Below, piece by piece: positions 16,248 through 29,608 of a stretch of DNA of 64,000 bases. Position 1 is the stretch's first letter, and every line of letters begins with the position of its first letter. Made by a program: the position numbers and the translations under genes. Source of the stretch: Escherichia coli (GTDB lineage: Bacteria > Pseudomonadota > Gammaproteobacteria > Enterobacterales > Enterobacteriaceae); the NCBI RefSeq assembly GCF_041248615.1, contig NZ_CP158426.1; one strand, written 5' to 3'. The notes beneath the pieces are model-generated. The model did no database searches. It was not told where the DNA came from and was given only the letters and a program-made list of their open reading frames with translations.

Positions 16248-17354
16248 ATGTTTCATCGCTTATGGACGTTAATCCGCAAAGAGTTGCAGTCGCTGCTGCG
16301 CGAACCGCAAACCCGCGCAATTCTGATTTTACCCGTGCTGATTCAGGTGATCCTGTTCCCGTTCGCCGCCACGCTGGAAGTGACCAACGCCACCATCGCC
16401 ATCTACGATGAAGATAACGGCGAGCACTCGGTAGAACTTACTCAACGTTTTGCCCGCGCCAGCGCCTTTACCCATGTGCTGCTGCTGAAAAGCCCGCAGG
16501 AGATCCGCCCGACCATCGACACACAAAAGGCGTTACTACTTGTGCGTTTCCCGGCTGACTTCTCGCGCAAACTGGATACCTTCCAGACCGCGCCGTTGCA
16601 GTTGATCCTCGACGGGCGTAACTCCAACAGTGCGCAAATTGCCGCCAACTACCTGCAACAGATCGTCAAAAATTATCAGCAGGAGCTGCTGGAAGGAAAA
16701 CCGAAACCCAACAACAGCGAGCTGGTGGTACGCAACTGGTATAACCCGAATCTCGACTACAAATGGTTTGTGGTGCCGTCGCTGATCGCCATGATCACCA
16801 CTATTGGCGTGATGATCGTCACTTCACTTTCTGTTGCCCGCGAACGTGAACAAGGTACGCTCGATCAGTTACTGGTTTCGCCGCTCACCACCTGGCAGAT
16901 ATTCATCGGCAAGGCCGTACCGGCATTAATTGTCGCCACCTTCCAGGCCACCATTGTGCTGGCGATTGGTATCTGGGCGTATCAAATCCCCTTCGCCGGA
17001 TCGCTGGCGCTGTTCTACTTTACGATGGTGATTTACGGTTTATCGCTGGTGGGATTCGGTCTGTTGATTTCATCACTCTGCTCGACACAACAGCAGGCGT
17101 TTATCGGCGTGTTTGTTTTTATGATGCCCGCCATTCTCCTTTCCGGTTACGTTTCGCCGGTGGAAAACATGCCAGTATGGCTGCAAAACCTGACGTGGAT
17201 TAACCCTATTCGCCACTTTACGGACATTACCAAGCAGATTTATTTGAAGGATGCGAGTCTGGATATTGTGTGGAATAGTTTGTGGCCGCTACTGGTGATA
17301 ACGGCCACGACAGGGTCAGCGGCGTACGCGATGTTTAGACGTAAGGTGATGTAA
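16248..17354 (+). CDS. ybhR: ABC-2 type transporter permease YbhR
   Basis: 368 aa multi-TM ORF; paralogous to ybhS product. Confidence 0.9.
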
Positions 17355-17726
17355 CTTCTTATCTTTCGCCAGCAAAGACACTACCGCCGGGCCGGCAAGG
17401 ATTGCCAGCCCTGCAATTGCCAGCAAAAAGTTGTTTTCCAGTACGCGGGACAACAGCCACAGCACAATCAGCGCTGCGCCAAAATACCAGGTCGTGGTCA
17501 GCTCTTCCAGCACGTCTGCCACCTCACGCCAGCGTTGCTCGGGGTGGCGCTGAAACACCAGCATCATCACTACCGTGACACAATACAGTGCGCATAATCC
17601 CACACCGACGTGAACCAGAGTCTTACTCATCCAGCCCACCACCAGCAGCGCCACTACCAGTAAATGCAACATAATCTGCCAGCAACTTAGACCCGTTGCG
17701 ACACGAACACGTTGTTGCCACTTCAT
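17316..17726 (-). CDS. ybhQ: inner membrane protein YbhQ
   Basis: 136 aa hydrophobic ORF convergent with and overlapping ybhR 3' end. Confidence 0.85.
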
Positions 17727-17858
17727 GGCTTCTCTCCTGAAGAATTTATCTCTACTTACTCAGAGTACCGAACTTTACGGAAAATTCCGTAAGACCGCAC
17801 CTTTTTGTGACGCCGACTACACTATTTCAATGAGATAAGAGGCAAAGACAGGAAAATT

Positions 17859-18620
17859 ATGCCCGATCAAACACAACAATTTTCGTTCAAGGTGCTCACC
17901 ATCAATATTCACAAGGGCTTTACCGCGTTTAACCGACGCTTCATTTTGCCGGAACTTCGCGACGCCGTGCGTACCGTCAGCGCCGATATTGTTTGCCTGC
18001 AAGAAGTGATGGGCGCGCACGAAGTTCATCCGCTGCATGTGGAAAACTGGCCCGATACCTCGCACTACGAGTTTCTCGCCGACACTATGTGGAGCGATTT
18101 TGCCTACGGTCGCAATGCCGTATACCCGGAAGGGCATCACGGCAACGCTGTACTGTCGCGTTATCCCATTGAACATTATGAGAATCGCGATGTTTCGGTC
18201 GATGGTGCGGAAAAGCGCGGCGTGCTCTACTGCCGCATTGTGCCGCCGATGACCGGGAAAGCGATTCATGTGATGTGCGTACATCTGGGCCTGCGTGAGG
18301 CGCACCGTCAGGCGCAGCTTGCGATGCTCGCCGAATGGGTGAATGAGCTACCGGACGGCGAGCCGGTATTGGTGGCGGGTGATTTCAACGACTGGCGGCA
18401 AAAAGCTAATCATCCGTTAAAAGTGCAGGCCGGACTGGATGAGATTTTTACCCGCGCCCACGGACGCCCGGCGCGCACGTTTCCGGTGCAATTTCCTCTA
18501 CTACGACTGGACAGGATCTACGTCAAAAATGCCAGTGCCAGCGCGCCAACCGCGTTGCCGCTGCGGACATGGCGACACCTTTCTGATCATGCCCCTTTAA
18601 GTGCGGAGATTCATTTATGA
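17859..18620 (+). CDS. ybhP: endonuclease/exonuclease/phosphatase-family protein YbhP
   Basis: 253 aa; EEP motifs; start 4 nt overlap with clsB. Confidence 0.9.
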
Positions 18621-19858
18621 AATGTAGCTGGCGCGAAGGCAATAAGATCCAGTTGCTGGAAAATGGCGAGCAATATTATCCCGCGGTGTTTAAGGCGATT
18701 GGCGAGGCACAAGAACGTATCATTCTTGAAACGTTTATCTGGTTTGAGGATGACGTCGGCAAACAACTGCATGCGGCACTACTGGCAGCAGCGCAACGCG
18801 GGGTAAAAGCGGAAGTCTTACTTGATGGCTACGGTTCGCCGGATCTCAGCGATGAGTTTGTCAATGAACTGACGGCCGCTGGCGTGGTGTTCCGCTACTA
18901 CGATCCCCGCCCTCGCCTTTTTGGTATGCGCACCAATGTGTTTCGCCGGATGCATCGCAAAATTGTGGTGATCGACGCGCGTATCGCCTTTATTGGCGGG
19001 CTGAATTACTCCGCCGAGCATATGTCCAGCTACGGCCCGGAGGCCAAACAGGATTACGCGGTACGCCTTGAAGGGCCGATTGTCGAAGATATTCTGCAAT
19101 TTGAACTGGAAAACCTGCCAGGACAGAGCGCGGCACGACGCTGGTGGCGACGTCATCACAAAGCGGAAGAGAACCGCCAGCCGGGAGAAGCGCAGGTATT
19201 GCTGGTCTGGCGCGATAACGAAGAACATCGCGATGATATCGAACGCCACTATCTGAAAATGCTCACTCAGGCGCGGCGGGAAGTGATTATCGCCAACGCC
19301 TACTTCTTCCCCGGCTATCGATTTTTACACGCCTTGCGTAAAGCGGCACGGCGCGGAGTGCGGATCAAACTGATCATTCAGGGCGAACCGGATATGCCGA
19401 TTGTCAGAGTCGGCGCGCGCTTGCTGTATAACTATCTGGTTAAAGGCGGCGTTCAGGTGTTTGAGTACCGCCGCCGCCCGCTCCATGGCAAAGTTGCATT
19501 GATGGACGATCACTGGGCGACAGTAGGGTCCAGTAATCTCGATCCGCTCAGTTTGTCACTGAATCTCGAAGCAAATGTCATCATCCACGATCGTCATTTT
19601 AACCAGACGCTGCGCGATAATCTGAACGGCATCATCGCCGCAGATTGTCAGCAGGTGGATGAAACCATGCTGCCGAAACGCACCTGGTGGAACCTGACTA
19701 AAAGCGTGCTGGCGTTCCACTTTTTACGCCACTTCCCGGCGCTGGTTGGCTGGCTTCCGGCACACACGCCACGTCTGGCGCAGGTTGACCCGCCCGCTCA
19801 GCCGACAATGGAAACGCAGGATCGGGTAGAAACTGAAAACACGGGGGTAAAACCCTGA
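18617..19858 (+). CDS. clsB: cardiolipin synthase B (phospholipase D family)
   Basis: 413 aa; two HxK(x)4D motifs (HRKIVVID.., HGKVALMDD..). Confidence 0.93.
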
Positions 19859-20814
19859 TGAGTAAATCACACCCGCGCTGGCGCTTAGCAAAGAAGATCC
19901 TCACCTGGCTGTTTTTTATCGCGGTGATTGTGTTGCTGGTGGTCTACGCCAAAAAGGTGGACTGGGAAGAGGTCTGGAAGGTCATCCGCGACTACAATCG
20001 CGTTGCGTTGCTCAGTGCGGTCGGGCTGGTGGTCGTCAGTTATCTGATTTACGGCTGCTATGATCTGCTCGCCCGCTTTTACTGCGGTCACAAACTGGCG
20101 AAGCGCCAGGTGATGCTGGTGTCGTTTATCTGCTACGCCTTCAACCTGACGCTCAGTACCTGGGTCGGCGGCATTGGTATGCGCTATCGTTTGTACTCCC
20201 GGCTAGGGTTACCGGGCAGCACTATTACGCGGATTTTCTCGCTCAGTATTACCACCAACTGGCTGGGCTATATTTTACTGGCAGGGATTATCTTCACCGC
20301 AGGCGTGGTGGAGTTGCCGGATCACTGGTATGTCGATCAAACCACGCTGCGTATTCTCGGCATTGGCTTATTGATGATTATCGCGGTTTATTTGTGGTTT
20401 TGCGCTTTCGCGAAGCACCGCCATATGACCATCAAAGGGCAAAAGCTGGTGCTGCCTTCATGGAAATTCGCCCTCGCCCAGATGCTGATTTCCAGCGTTA
20501 ACTGGATGGTCATGGGAGCGATAATCTGGCTGTTACTTGGTCAAAGCGTGAACTATTTCTTTGTACTGGGCGTGTTGCTGGTTAGTAGTATTGCCGGGGT
20601 GATTGTGCATATTCCGGCGGGGATTGGTGTGCTGGAAGCGGTATTTATCGCGCTACTGGCTGGGGAGCATACATCCAAGGGCACAATTATCGCCGCCCTA
20701 CTCGCTTACCGTGTGCTGTATTACCTTATCCCGCTGCTGCTGGCGCTGGTTTGCTATCTGGTACTGGAAAGCCAGGCGAAGAAGCTACGAGCGAAAAATG
20801 AAGCGGCGATGTGA
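19858..20814 (+). CDS. ybhN: inner membrane protein YbhN (lysylphosphatidylglycerol-synthase-TM-like)
   Basis: 318 aa multi-TM ORF; start overlaps clsB stop. Confidence 0.9.
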   Translation: MSKSHPRWRLAKKILTWLFFIAVIVLLVVYAKKVDWEEVWKVIRDYNRVALLSAVGLVVVSYLIYGCYDLLARFYCGHKLAKRQVMLVSFICYAFNLTLSTWVGGIGMRYRLYSRLGLPGSTITRIFSLSITTNWLGYILLAGIIFTAGVVELPDHWYVDQTTLRILGIGLLMIIAVYLWFCAFAKHRHMTIKGQKLVLPSWKFALAQMLISSVNWMVMGAIIWLLLGQSVNYFFVLGVLLVSSIAGVIVHIPAGIGVLEAVFIALLAGEHTSKGTIIAALLAYRVLYYLIPLLLALVCYLVLESQAKKLRAKNEAAM

Positions 20815-20849
20815 AGTTTAGTTAAGTTCTTTAGTATGTGCATTTACGA

Positions 20850-21239
20850 CTAATGAAAAAAACGCGTATGCCTTTGCCAGACAAGCGTTATAGCTATCGC
20901 GGCAAGTATCCCAAAGAAGCCGATAAAATAGTAATAGAGTGTTAATGCACCTGTAAAAGCGCAACGAACCGGACTCCACAACTCTTCGCTATGGCATTTT
21001 CCTGCCAGTTCAAGGAGCTTATTTCGTCCATGCGAGATAATGCCTGACCATAACACAATCATTAAGCAACTTATTACCCAAACGGGTCGTTCACTCATTA
21101 ATGCGGCATCCATGATGATCACCAGGACCAGCTCTGCGGTTGTCACCAAACCCAAAGAGGTAATGAGCCATATGCCGTTTAATATCCTGGCCTCGTGCTG
21201 AAAATCTAATTTATTGCTGTTTTGCGAGTATGATTCCAT
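20850..21239 (-). CDS. ybhM: YbhM-like inner membrane protein, apparently short/truncated (129 aa)
   Basis: ORF 20850..21266 trimmed to MESYSQNSNK; hydrophobic; only about 4 predicted TM segments; reference ybhM is remembered as about 237 aa. Confidence 0.55.
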   Translation of the reverse strand: MESYSQNSNKLDFQHEARILNGIWLITSLGLVTTAELVLVIIMDAALMSERPVWVISCLMIVLWSGIISHGRNKLLELAGKCHSEELWSPVRCAFTGALTLYYYFIGFFGILAAIAITLVWQRHTRFFH

Positions 21240-21443
21240 TCTTTTAGTTGTCCTTAGAAAAAACATTAATATTCACCATCAATAAATTTAAAACCACGCA
21301 TACAAAATATTTTTGTATTTATGGATACGGAAAACACTTCCGCTCGGCCATAAGGCATATTTTATACCTGGTACTTGTTAAGTGTCGTTTTTAGTAAGAA
21401 AAAAATCCCGACACATGGCCGGGATATTGATGGTGAAAAAGAA

Positions 21444-22148
21444 TTAACGGCGGTTGCCGAAGATCCGCAACAACATCAGGAACAAGTTGATGAAGTCCAG
21501 ATACAAGGTTAACGCGCCAAGAATGGAATATTTGCGCAGGTTCGACGTGTCGCGGGTATCAATCTGCTCACCCATATTTTTCAATTTCTGAGTGTCATAC
21601 GCCGTCAATCCGACAAAGACAATCACGCCGATGTAGGTAACTGCCCACATCAATGCTTCGCTTTTCAGCCAGAAGTTGACCAGCGATGCCAGCACAATGC
21701 CGATTAACGCCATAAACAGCATATTGCCAAAGCCGCTTAGATCGCGCTTCGTGGTGTAACCGTACAGGCTCATTGCGCCAAACATCCCGGCAGTAACGAC
21801 GAAAGTACTGGCGATAGAAGCAGCGGTATAGACAATGAAAATACTGGAAAGCGTAAGACCCGTCAGCGCCGAATAAAGCATAAAGAGCATCGTCGTTACA
21901 CCTGCGCTCAGCTTTTGAATCATCGCTGATAACACAATAACCAATGCTAATTGCGCGATGATCAGACCGATTAAAAAGACACGGTTAGTGAACAACAGCT
22001 CCATCACGGCCGCGGAATTAGCCGCATACCAGGCAACAAATGCGGTCAGCAACAAGCCAACGGTCATCCAGCCATAGACTTGCGCCATATAAGTTTGCAA
22101 GCCAGCCCGGGGTTGTACAATTGAATCAGAACGTGGGAATCTGTCCAT
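21444..22148 (-). CDS. ybhL: BAX inhibitor-1 family inner membrane protein YbhL
   Basis: ORF 21444..22229 trimmed to MDRFPRSDSIVQ (234 aa); 7 TM pattern. Confidence 0.88.
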   Translation of the reverse strand: MDRFPRSDSIVQPRAGLQTYMAQVYGWMTVGLLLTAFVAWYAANSAAVMELLFTNRVFLIGLIIAQLALVIVLSAMIQKLSAGVTTMLFMLYSALTGLTLSSIFIVYTAASIASTFVVTAGMFGAMSLYGYTTKRDLSGFGNMLFMALIGIVLASLVNFWLKSEALMWAVTYIGVIVFVGLTAYDTQKLKNMGEQIDTRDTSNLRKYSILGALTLYLDFINLFLMLLRIFGNRR

Positions 22149-22284
22149 GACGATCTCCTGAAGATATAAGGAATATCTTAAGGATACTGCAAAATGATGA
22201 GGCTGTGCATCGACGCAGCGTAAACGCATGTACTGAGCGGTGAAATTGCCGGACGCAGCGGTGCCTTATCCGGCTAACAAAAAA

Positions 22285-22737
22285 CTACCAGCGTTTTGCC
22301 GCCTGCTGATCGCTCTCCCGAGCTTCGACCCAGCGGTCGCCTTCCGGCGTGGCTTCGCGCTTCCAGAACGGTGCGCGGGTTTTGAGATAATCCATAATAA
22401 ACTGCCCGGCTTCAAACGCACTGCTGCGATGCGCACTGGTGACACCGACAAAAACGATTTCATCGCCCGGCCATAATTCCCCGATGCGGTGAATCACCGT
22501 GACGCGCCCCAGCGGCCAGCGGTTACGCGCTTCATCGACAATTTCTGCCAGTGCTTTTTCAGTCATCCCCGGATAGTGTTCGAGGGTTAATGCTTTGACG
22601 CTGTCGCCAAGGTTATGGTTGCGCACCTTACCGGTAAAGGTGACTACCGCACCGTCTTCATCACGCTCCGCCAGCCACGGATACTCTTCTCCTACGCTGA
22701 ATGGCTGCGGGCCGACAACAATTTTGGTTTCTGCCAT
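22285..22737 (-). CDS. moaE: molybdopterin synthase catalytic subunit MoaE
   Basis: 150 aa; recognised; last gene of moaABCDE. Confidence 0.93.
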   Translation of the reverse strand: MAETKIVVGPQPFSVGEEYPWLAERDEDGAVVTFTGKVRNHNLGDSVKALTLEHYPGMTEKALAEIVDEARNRWPLGRVTVIHRIGELWPGDEIVFVGVTSAHRSSAFEAGQFIMDYLKTRAPFWKREATPEGDRWVEARESDQQAAKRW

Positions 22738-22738
22738 C

Positions 22739-22984
22739 TTAACCTCCGGTTACCGGCGGGAAGAAAGCCACTTCGTCGCCGTCAGTCAGCGGATGGTCAA
22801 GACTCACCAGCGTCTGGTTGACGGCAGCCAGCAATTTGCCATCTTCCAGCGCCAGCGCCCAGCGATCGCTCTGCGCAGCCAGATGTTGGCGTAACGCTTC
22901 AACGGTTGGGAAATCCGCAGCCACTTCGGTTGCATCTGTTCCCACCAACTCGCGCACCTGGGCGAAAAAAAGAACTTTAATCAT
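22739..22984 (-). CDS. moaD: molybdopterin synthase sulfur-carrier subunit MoaD
   Basis: 81 aa ending in GG; ORF trimmed to [12 protein letters not shown]. Confidence 0.9.
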
Positions 22985-23462
22985 CCGCTTCCACCTTAAA
23001 GTCACCCGACTTGCCGCCGCTCTTCGCCAGCAAACGTACCGGACCAATTACCATATCTTTTTGCACCGCTTTGCACATGTCATAAATGGTCAGCGCCGCC
23101 ACGGAGGCCGCGGTTAACGCTTCCATTTCGACACCGGTTTTCCCGGTCAGGCGGCATAAGGTTTCTATACGTACCCGATTGTGCTCCGGCTCGGCCTGTA
23201 AATTGACTTCAACTTTGCTGAGCATCAGCGGGTGACACAGCGGGATCAGATCCCAGGTGCGTTTTGCCGCCTGAATACCGGCGATACGCGCAGTGGCAAA
23301 TACGTCGCCTTTGTGGTGGCGACCATCAATAATCATCGCCAGCGTCTCGCTGCGCATGGTGACAAAGGCTTCCGCCCGCGCTTCACGCACGGTTTCCGCT
23401 TTGGCGGAGACATCCACCATGTGTGCTTCGCCAGCGGCGTTGATATGGGTCAGTTGCGACAT
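22977..23462 (-). CDS. moaC: cyclic pyranopterin monophosphate synthase MoaC
   Basis: 161 aa; ORF trimmed to [17 protein letters not shown]. Confidence 0.92.
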
Positions 23463-23464
23463 AC

Positions 23465-23977
23465 TTATTTCTTCAAATGTGGATGGAAATTGCATGGACG
23501 TGTACGGGCATCGAGCTGCGGCGCGATGATATTTTCCCACGCGGTGCGGCACGCTTTGGTCGAACCCGGCATGGCGAAAATCAGCGTTTTGTTAGCGACG
23601 CCCGCTACCGCACGAGATTGCAACGTTGAGGTGCCAATCTCTTCAAACGACAACATCCGGAACACTTCACCAAAACCTTCAACTTCACGGTCGAACAACG
23701 GCAGCAGCGCTTCGGGAGCCTGATCTCCTTCCGTCAGGCCAGTCCCCCCCGTAATCAATACCACTTGTACATCGTCGCTGGCGATCCACGCAGATACCTG
23801 AGCGCGAATAGCGTAGCGGTTTTCTTTCACAATGGCTTTATCGACAACGTGATGGCCCGCTTCCTGCGCCGAATCGCGCAGATAGTGACCGGAGGTATCG
23901 TCTTCTTCACCACGACGATTAGAAACCGTAAGAATAGCAATACGGGTCGGGATAAATTCAGTGCTTACCTGACTCAT
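23465..23977 (-). CDS. moaB: molybdenum cofactor biosynthesis protein MoaB
   Basis: 170 aa MogA/MoaB fold (GGTG motif). Confidence 0.92.
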
Positions 23978-23998
23978 CTGATCTCTCCTTTTGACGTT

Positions 23999-24988
23999 TT
24001 AGCCGCCAATGTACGATAAGTTTTGCGTAATACCGGTGTTGTTTTGATGCAGGAAATGGGTCTGTTTCTTCTCCCGCAGCGCCGCTGAAATACGCGCTTC
24101 CAGCGCCTGTTGCTGGGTATCGTCTTCCAGCAGATCGCGCAGGTTAACGCCGCCTTCACCAAACAGGCAGAGATGGAGTTTACCAATGGAGGAAACGCGC
24201 AGGCGGTTGCAAGTGGCGCAGAAGTCTTTTTCATACGGCATGATAAGGCCAATCTCTCCGGCGTAATCCGGATGACAAAAGACTTGCGCGGGACCGTCGC
24301 TGCGTTGACGTAATTGGTGGATCCAGCCGCGACGCAGTAGCTCGTCACGCAGAACCTGACCAGAGATGTGATGCTTACGGAAGAGCTCGCTGCCCTCACC
24401 CGTTTCCATCAATTCGATGAAACGCAGCTGGATAGGGCGATGCTGGATCCAGTTCAGAAAGGTGTCGAGCTGATGATGATTAACATCACGCATCAGCACG
24501 GTATTGACTTTGACCTTCTCAAAACCGGCCTCAAATGCAGCATCGATCCCTGCCATGACCTGGTTAAATTTATCCTGCCCGGTAATGGCATGAAACTGGC
24601 GAGCGTCAAGGCTATCAACGCTGACGTTGATGCCAGTAAGTCCCGCATCGCGCCAGTTCGCCACATCGCGTTCCAGACGGTAACCATTGGTGGTGACCGC
24701 AATCTGGCGGATAGCGTCGTTTTCCCGCACAGCGGCGATGATATCGGTAAAGTCGCGGCGTAAAGACGGCTCACCGCCTGTCAGGCGCACTTTTTCGGTG
24801 CCCAGACTGGCAAAGGCGCGCGTAACCCGGCGAATTTCATCGACGGTAAGAAAGCCTTTATTGGTGACGCCGCTCGGTTTGTAGCCATCCGGCAGGCAGT
24901 AGGTGCAACGAAAGTTACACACATCAGTAATCGACAGGCGCAAGTAGTAAAACTTACGCGCAAATGCATCAGTCAGTTGTGAAGCCAT
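23999..24988 (-). CDS. moaA: GTP 3',8-cyclase MoaA (radical SAM)
   Basis: 329 aa; CNFRCTYC radical-SAM cluster and C-terminal cysteine cluster; ORF trimmed to [19 protein letters not shown]. Confidence 0.93.
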
Positions 24989-25125
24989 GTACACCTTTCC
25001 AGATACGGGAGGCGAAGTCATTTCTTTCTTCGCCCTGGTGGCAATCTTTACGAGCATTGTCACGGCCAAAGCACCGTATCAGTTGACCCAGGTGCAGAGG
25101 CTAGAGTGTTTAGTGGTTAAGCCGA
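24989..25125 (-). ncRNA. Moco (molybdenum cofactor) riboswitch in moaA 5' leader
   Basis: position directly upstream of moaA start; leader sequence matches what I recall of the E. coli moaA Moco RNA motif; boundaries approximate. Confidence 0.55.
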
Positions 25126-25163
25126 TACTAGCGTGTAAATGAGATTTTTACCATCCACACTTT

Positions 25164-25187
25164 CGCTATGTAATCATGTATATAGCG
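25164..25187. promoter_or_regulatory. putative ModE binding site in moa promoter
   Basis: palindrome cgctatgta-N6-tatatagcg resembling ModE operator half-sites (TAYAT..ATRTA). Confidence 0.4.
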
Positions 25188-25324
25188 TCATGATCGTGCT
25201 ATTTCGCTACAGAATAAGGGAAAATGGCGGTTTTACTTTGATATACATCATCAGAGAGGCATAGCGTGCATCGTCCTTTAGAGGTAGAAGAAAATAGTTT
25301 GTATCCTCAATATTGGCAGGTTAA

Positions 25325-26293
<969 letters not shown>

Positions 26294-26300
26294 CACGAAG

Positions 26301-26326
26301 CCGGAAGAATATTCCGGCTTCGTCAT
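26301..26326. terminator. bidirectional terminator between ybhK and uvrB
   Basis: gaagccggaagaatattccggcttc perfect hairpin between convergent stops. Confidence 0.6.
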
Positions 26327-26330
26327 CTTG

Positions 26331-28352
26331 TCACGACGCGGCAATGAACAATTCACGCAGCTGATGCAACTGGTCACGAATTTGCGCCGCTTCTTCGAAC
26401 TCCAGATTTTGCGCGTGTTGCATCATCAGCCCTTCCAGTTCATGGATTTTCTGCTGCAACGCTTTCGGCGACATATCCATCGGCACATTATCCGGCTCAA
26501 CAATCGGTCGCGATTTTCCTCTGCCCTTCGCTTTGGTTTTGGCAATGTTCTGCCCCAACGCCAGGATATCGACCACTTTCTTGTTCAAGCCTTGCGGCGT
26601 AATGCCGTGTTCCTCGTTGTACTTCTGCTGTTTCTCGCGGCGACGTTCGGTTTCGCCAATCGCTTTCGCCATTGACGGGGTGATCTTATCGCCGTAGAGA
26701 ATCGCTTTACCGTTAACGTTACGCGCCGCACGACCAATAGTCTGGATCAACGAACGTTCGGAACGCAGGAAGCCTTCTTTGTCAGCGTCGAGGATCGCCA
26801 CCAGCGACACTTCCGGCATATCCAGACCTTCGCGCAGTAAGTTGATCCCCACCAGCACGTCGAACTCGCCCAGACGCAAGTCGCGGATGATTTCCATACG
26901 CTCGACGGTGTCGATATCCGAGTGAAGATAACGCACGCGCTCGCCGTGTTCTTCGAGATATTCCGTGAGATCTTCCGCCATCCGCTTGGTCAGAGTTGTA
27001 ACCAGTACGCGTTCGTTAATTGCCGCTCGCTGACGAATCTCCGAAAGAAGATCATCGACCTGTGTCGCCACCGGCCGCACTTCAATTATCGGGTCAAGCA
27101 ATCCGGTTGGACGCACCACCTGATCCACCACATCGCCGCCGGATTTTTCCAGCTCGTAATTACCCGGCGTCGCCGAAACATAGATGGTTTGCGGCGCTAA
27201 TGCTTCGAACTCTTCAAATTTCAGCGGACGGTTATCCAGCGCTGATGGCAGGCGGAAGCCGTACTCCACCAGCGTCTCTTTACGCGCCCGGTCACCGCGA
27301 TACATGCCGCCAATTTGCGGAATGGTGACGTGTGATTCATCGACCACCAGCAGCCCATCGGCAGGCAGGTAATCAAACAGCGTCGGCGGTGGCTCACCCG
27401 GTCCACGACCGGAGAGGAAGCGCGAGTAGTTCTCAATCCCCGAACAGTAGCCCAGCTCGTTCATCATCTCCAGATCAAACTGGGTACGCTGGGTCAGCCG
27501 CTGCTCTTCCAGCAGTTTGTTGTTTTCCAATAGCACTTTACGTCTGGCGGCCAGCTCTTCTTTGATCTCCTCCATCGCCTGGACGATGCGCTCGCGTGGC
27601 GTGACGTAGTGCGTTTTCGGGTAGATGGTAAAACGTGGAATAGTGGAAACAATCTGCCCGGTGAGCGGGTCAAATAACGACAATCGTTCCACTTCCTCGT
27701 CAAACAGCTCCATGCGAAGTGCAATGTCATCCGATTCTGCCGGGAAGATATCAATCACCTCACCACGAACGCGGAAAGTACCACGCTGGAATGCCTGATC
27801 ATTACGAGCGTATTGCAGCTCCGCCAGTCGGCGCAGGATCGCGCGCTGATCGATAATCATGCCGACCGTGAGATGGAGCATCATCTTGAGATATAAATCA
27901 GGATCGCCCAGACCATAAATCGCGGAAACAGAGGCCACTACAACCACATCACGCCGCTCCAGCATCGCTTTGGTGGCGGACAAACGCATCTGTTCAATAT
28001 GTTCGTTAACCGAGGCATCTTTCTCAATGAAGGTGTCGGAACTCGGTACATAGGCTTCCGGCTGATAGTAGTCGTAGTAGGAGACGAAATATTCCACCGC
28101 GTTTTCCGGGAAGAACTCTTTCATTTCGCCATACAGCTGGGCCGCCAGCGTTTTGTTGGGCGCAAGTACCATGGTAGGGCGCTGAAGATCAGCAATGACA
28201 TTGGCAATGGTGAAGGTTTTCCCGGAGCCAGTCACGCCAAGTAACGTCTGGTGCGCCAGGCCATCTTCCAGCCCCTCTTCGAGACGTCGAATCGCCTCTG
28301 GCTGATCGCCAGAAGGTTTAAAAGCGGAATTCAGTTTGAACGGTTTACTCAT
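26331..28352 (-). CDS. uvrB: excinuclease ABC subunit B
   Basis: 673 aa; Walker A GVTGSGKT, helicase motifs, C-terminal UvrC-interaction region. Confidence 0.96.
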   Translation of the reverse strand: MSKPFKLNSAFKPSGDQPEAIRRLEEGLEDGLAHQTLLGVTGSGKTFTIANVIADLQRPTMVLAPNKTLAAQLYGEMKEFFPENAVEYFVSYYDYYQPEAYVPSSDTFIEKDASVNEHIEQMRLSATKAMLERRDVVVVASVSAIYGLGDPDLYLKMMLHLTVGMIIDQRAILRRLAELQYARNDQAFQRGTFRVRGEVIDIFPAESDDIALRMELFDEEVERLSLFDPLTGQIVSTIPRFTIYPKTHYVTPRERIVQAMEEIKEELAARRKVLLENNKLLEEQRLTQRTQFDLEMMNELGYCSGIENYSRFLSGRGPGEPPPTLFDYLPADGLLVVDESHVTIPQIGGMYRGDRARKETLVEYGFRLPSALDNRPLKFEEFEALAPQTIYVSATPGNYELEKSGGDVVDQVVRPTGLLDPIIEVRPVATQVDDLLSEIRQRAAINERVLVTTLTKRMAEDLTEYLEEHGERVRYLHSDIDTVERMEIIRDLRLGEFDVLVGINLLREGLDMPEVSLVAILDADKEGFLRSERSLIQTIGRAARNVNGKAILYGDKITPSMAKAIGETERRREKQQKYNEEHGITPQGLNKKVVDILALGQNIAKTKAKGRGKSRPIVEPDNVPMDMSPKALQQKIHELEGLMMQHAQNLEFEEAAQIRDQLHQLRELFIAAS

Positions 28353-28426
28353 GAGTCGCTACCTGAAGGAGTTGGGCGGGCAGGTATGTAATTTTACTCG
28401 TCGTACTTAATTATGCCAACAAATTA

Positions 28427-28446
28427 TACTGGATAAAAAAACAGTT
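28427..28446. promoter_or_regulatory. LexA (SOS) box of uvrB
   Basis: tactggataaaaaaacagtt = CTGG-N8-ACAG variant LexA box in uvrB promoter region. Confidence 0.7.
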
Positions 28447-28930
28447 CCTCACCATAATATTTCTGTTACAGCGTAAACTCCGCTGTCAATCATGAGCAAA
28501 ATTTACTCTGTGACGAGATAAAACTCCGGCCTTACCGGGTTATCCCCAAAGCAACGGCTTTTTTAACATTTGTCAAGATGAGTGATGACAGTTTTATGGC
28601 AAGAGATGCCTCTTCAGTGACTGCCATTGCAATTATCTAACCAGTTAAAAAATAAAAGATATTTCTTTGAGCCGTCTTTAACGCCAATTCGCGTGCAAGC
28701 CGCGTATTCTCTCGCTTGCCTCGTGTTTTCTAACTCTAATACACATGGTTATCCACAGGAATAGTGGATAACTGTCTGCAGCCCCTATCCCCCGCCGCCT
28801 GGGCAATTCCCACATACATCGCATGATGCGGAAGTAAAATTTTTTTCGTGATTATTTTAGAATTTAATTGGTTAAATTGCAGTCAATCGAAGACGCGATC
28901 TCGCTCGCAATTTAACCAAATACAGGATGG

Positions 28931-29608
28931 CTACAACAAGGCAAGGTTTATGTACTTTCCGGTTGCCGCATTTTCTGGATTTTCTGCAAGCCAGGGGATC
29001 TCTCCCAGCAGCGGCGCGGGAATCATGCGGGTGAGCGTGGTCATATATTCAGCGTGACGTTTTCCCGGAGGCGTGACATCATTCGCCACCCAACCCGCCA
29101 GAGTCAGCCCGGCGTGTTGTATTGCCTGTGCCGTCAACATCGCGTGATTAATACAGCCGAGTTTCACACCAACTACCAGTATCACCGGCAGTTGTTCCTG
29201 TGTTACCCAATCTGCAAAAGTGAAAGTGTCAGAAAGCGGCGTAAACCAGCCGCCAGCACCTTCCACTAACACCCAGTCAGCCTGTTGTTCAAGCGCGCGT
29301 AATCCGGCGCTCATTACCAATGATTCTATCGGCCTGCCCTCTTGTGCGCTGATGATGTGCGGCGAAGTGGGTTCTGCGAAGGTGTAAGGATTTACCGTTG
29401 CGTAATCCAGCTGCAGGCTGCTGTTGCGCTGTAACGCCAGCGCGTCACTATTACGTAAGCCTTCCGGGGTCTTTTCGCTGCCAGAGGCGACCGGTTTATA
29501 ACCTGCCGTCCGATAACCTGCTGCCTTCGCGGCTTGTAAAAGTGCACAACTGGCGACAGTTTTCCCCACTTCGGTATCCGTTCCGGTGACAAAATAACGT
29601 TTACTCAC
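28931..29608 (-). CDS. bioD: dethiobiotin synthetase BioD
   Basis: 225 aa; [10 protein letters not shown]-loop; likely GTG start at 29606-29608 (MSKRYFVTG); overlaps bioC stop. Confidence 0.9.
   Translation of the reverse strand: MSKRYFVTGTDTEVGKTVASCALLQAAKAAGYRTAGYKPVASGSEKTPEGLRNSDALALQRNSSLQLDYATVNPYTFAEPTSPHIISAQEGRPIESLVMSAGLRALEQQADWVLVEGAGGWFTPLSDTFTFADWVTQEQLPVILVVGVKLGCINHAMLTAQAIQHAGLTLAGWVANDVTPPGKRHAEYMTTLTRMIPAPLLGEIPWLAENPENAATGKYINLALL

Noticed and set aside
17316-17354. 39-bp convergent overlap of ybhR and ybhQ 3' ends as a possible annotation error
   Set aside because: Both ORFs are full length and match the known genes; overlapping convergent ends are compatible with the reference arrangement.
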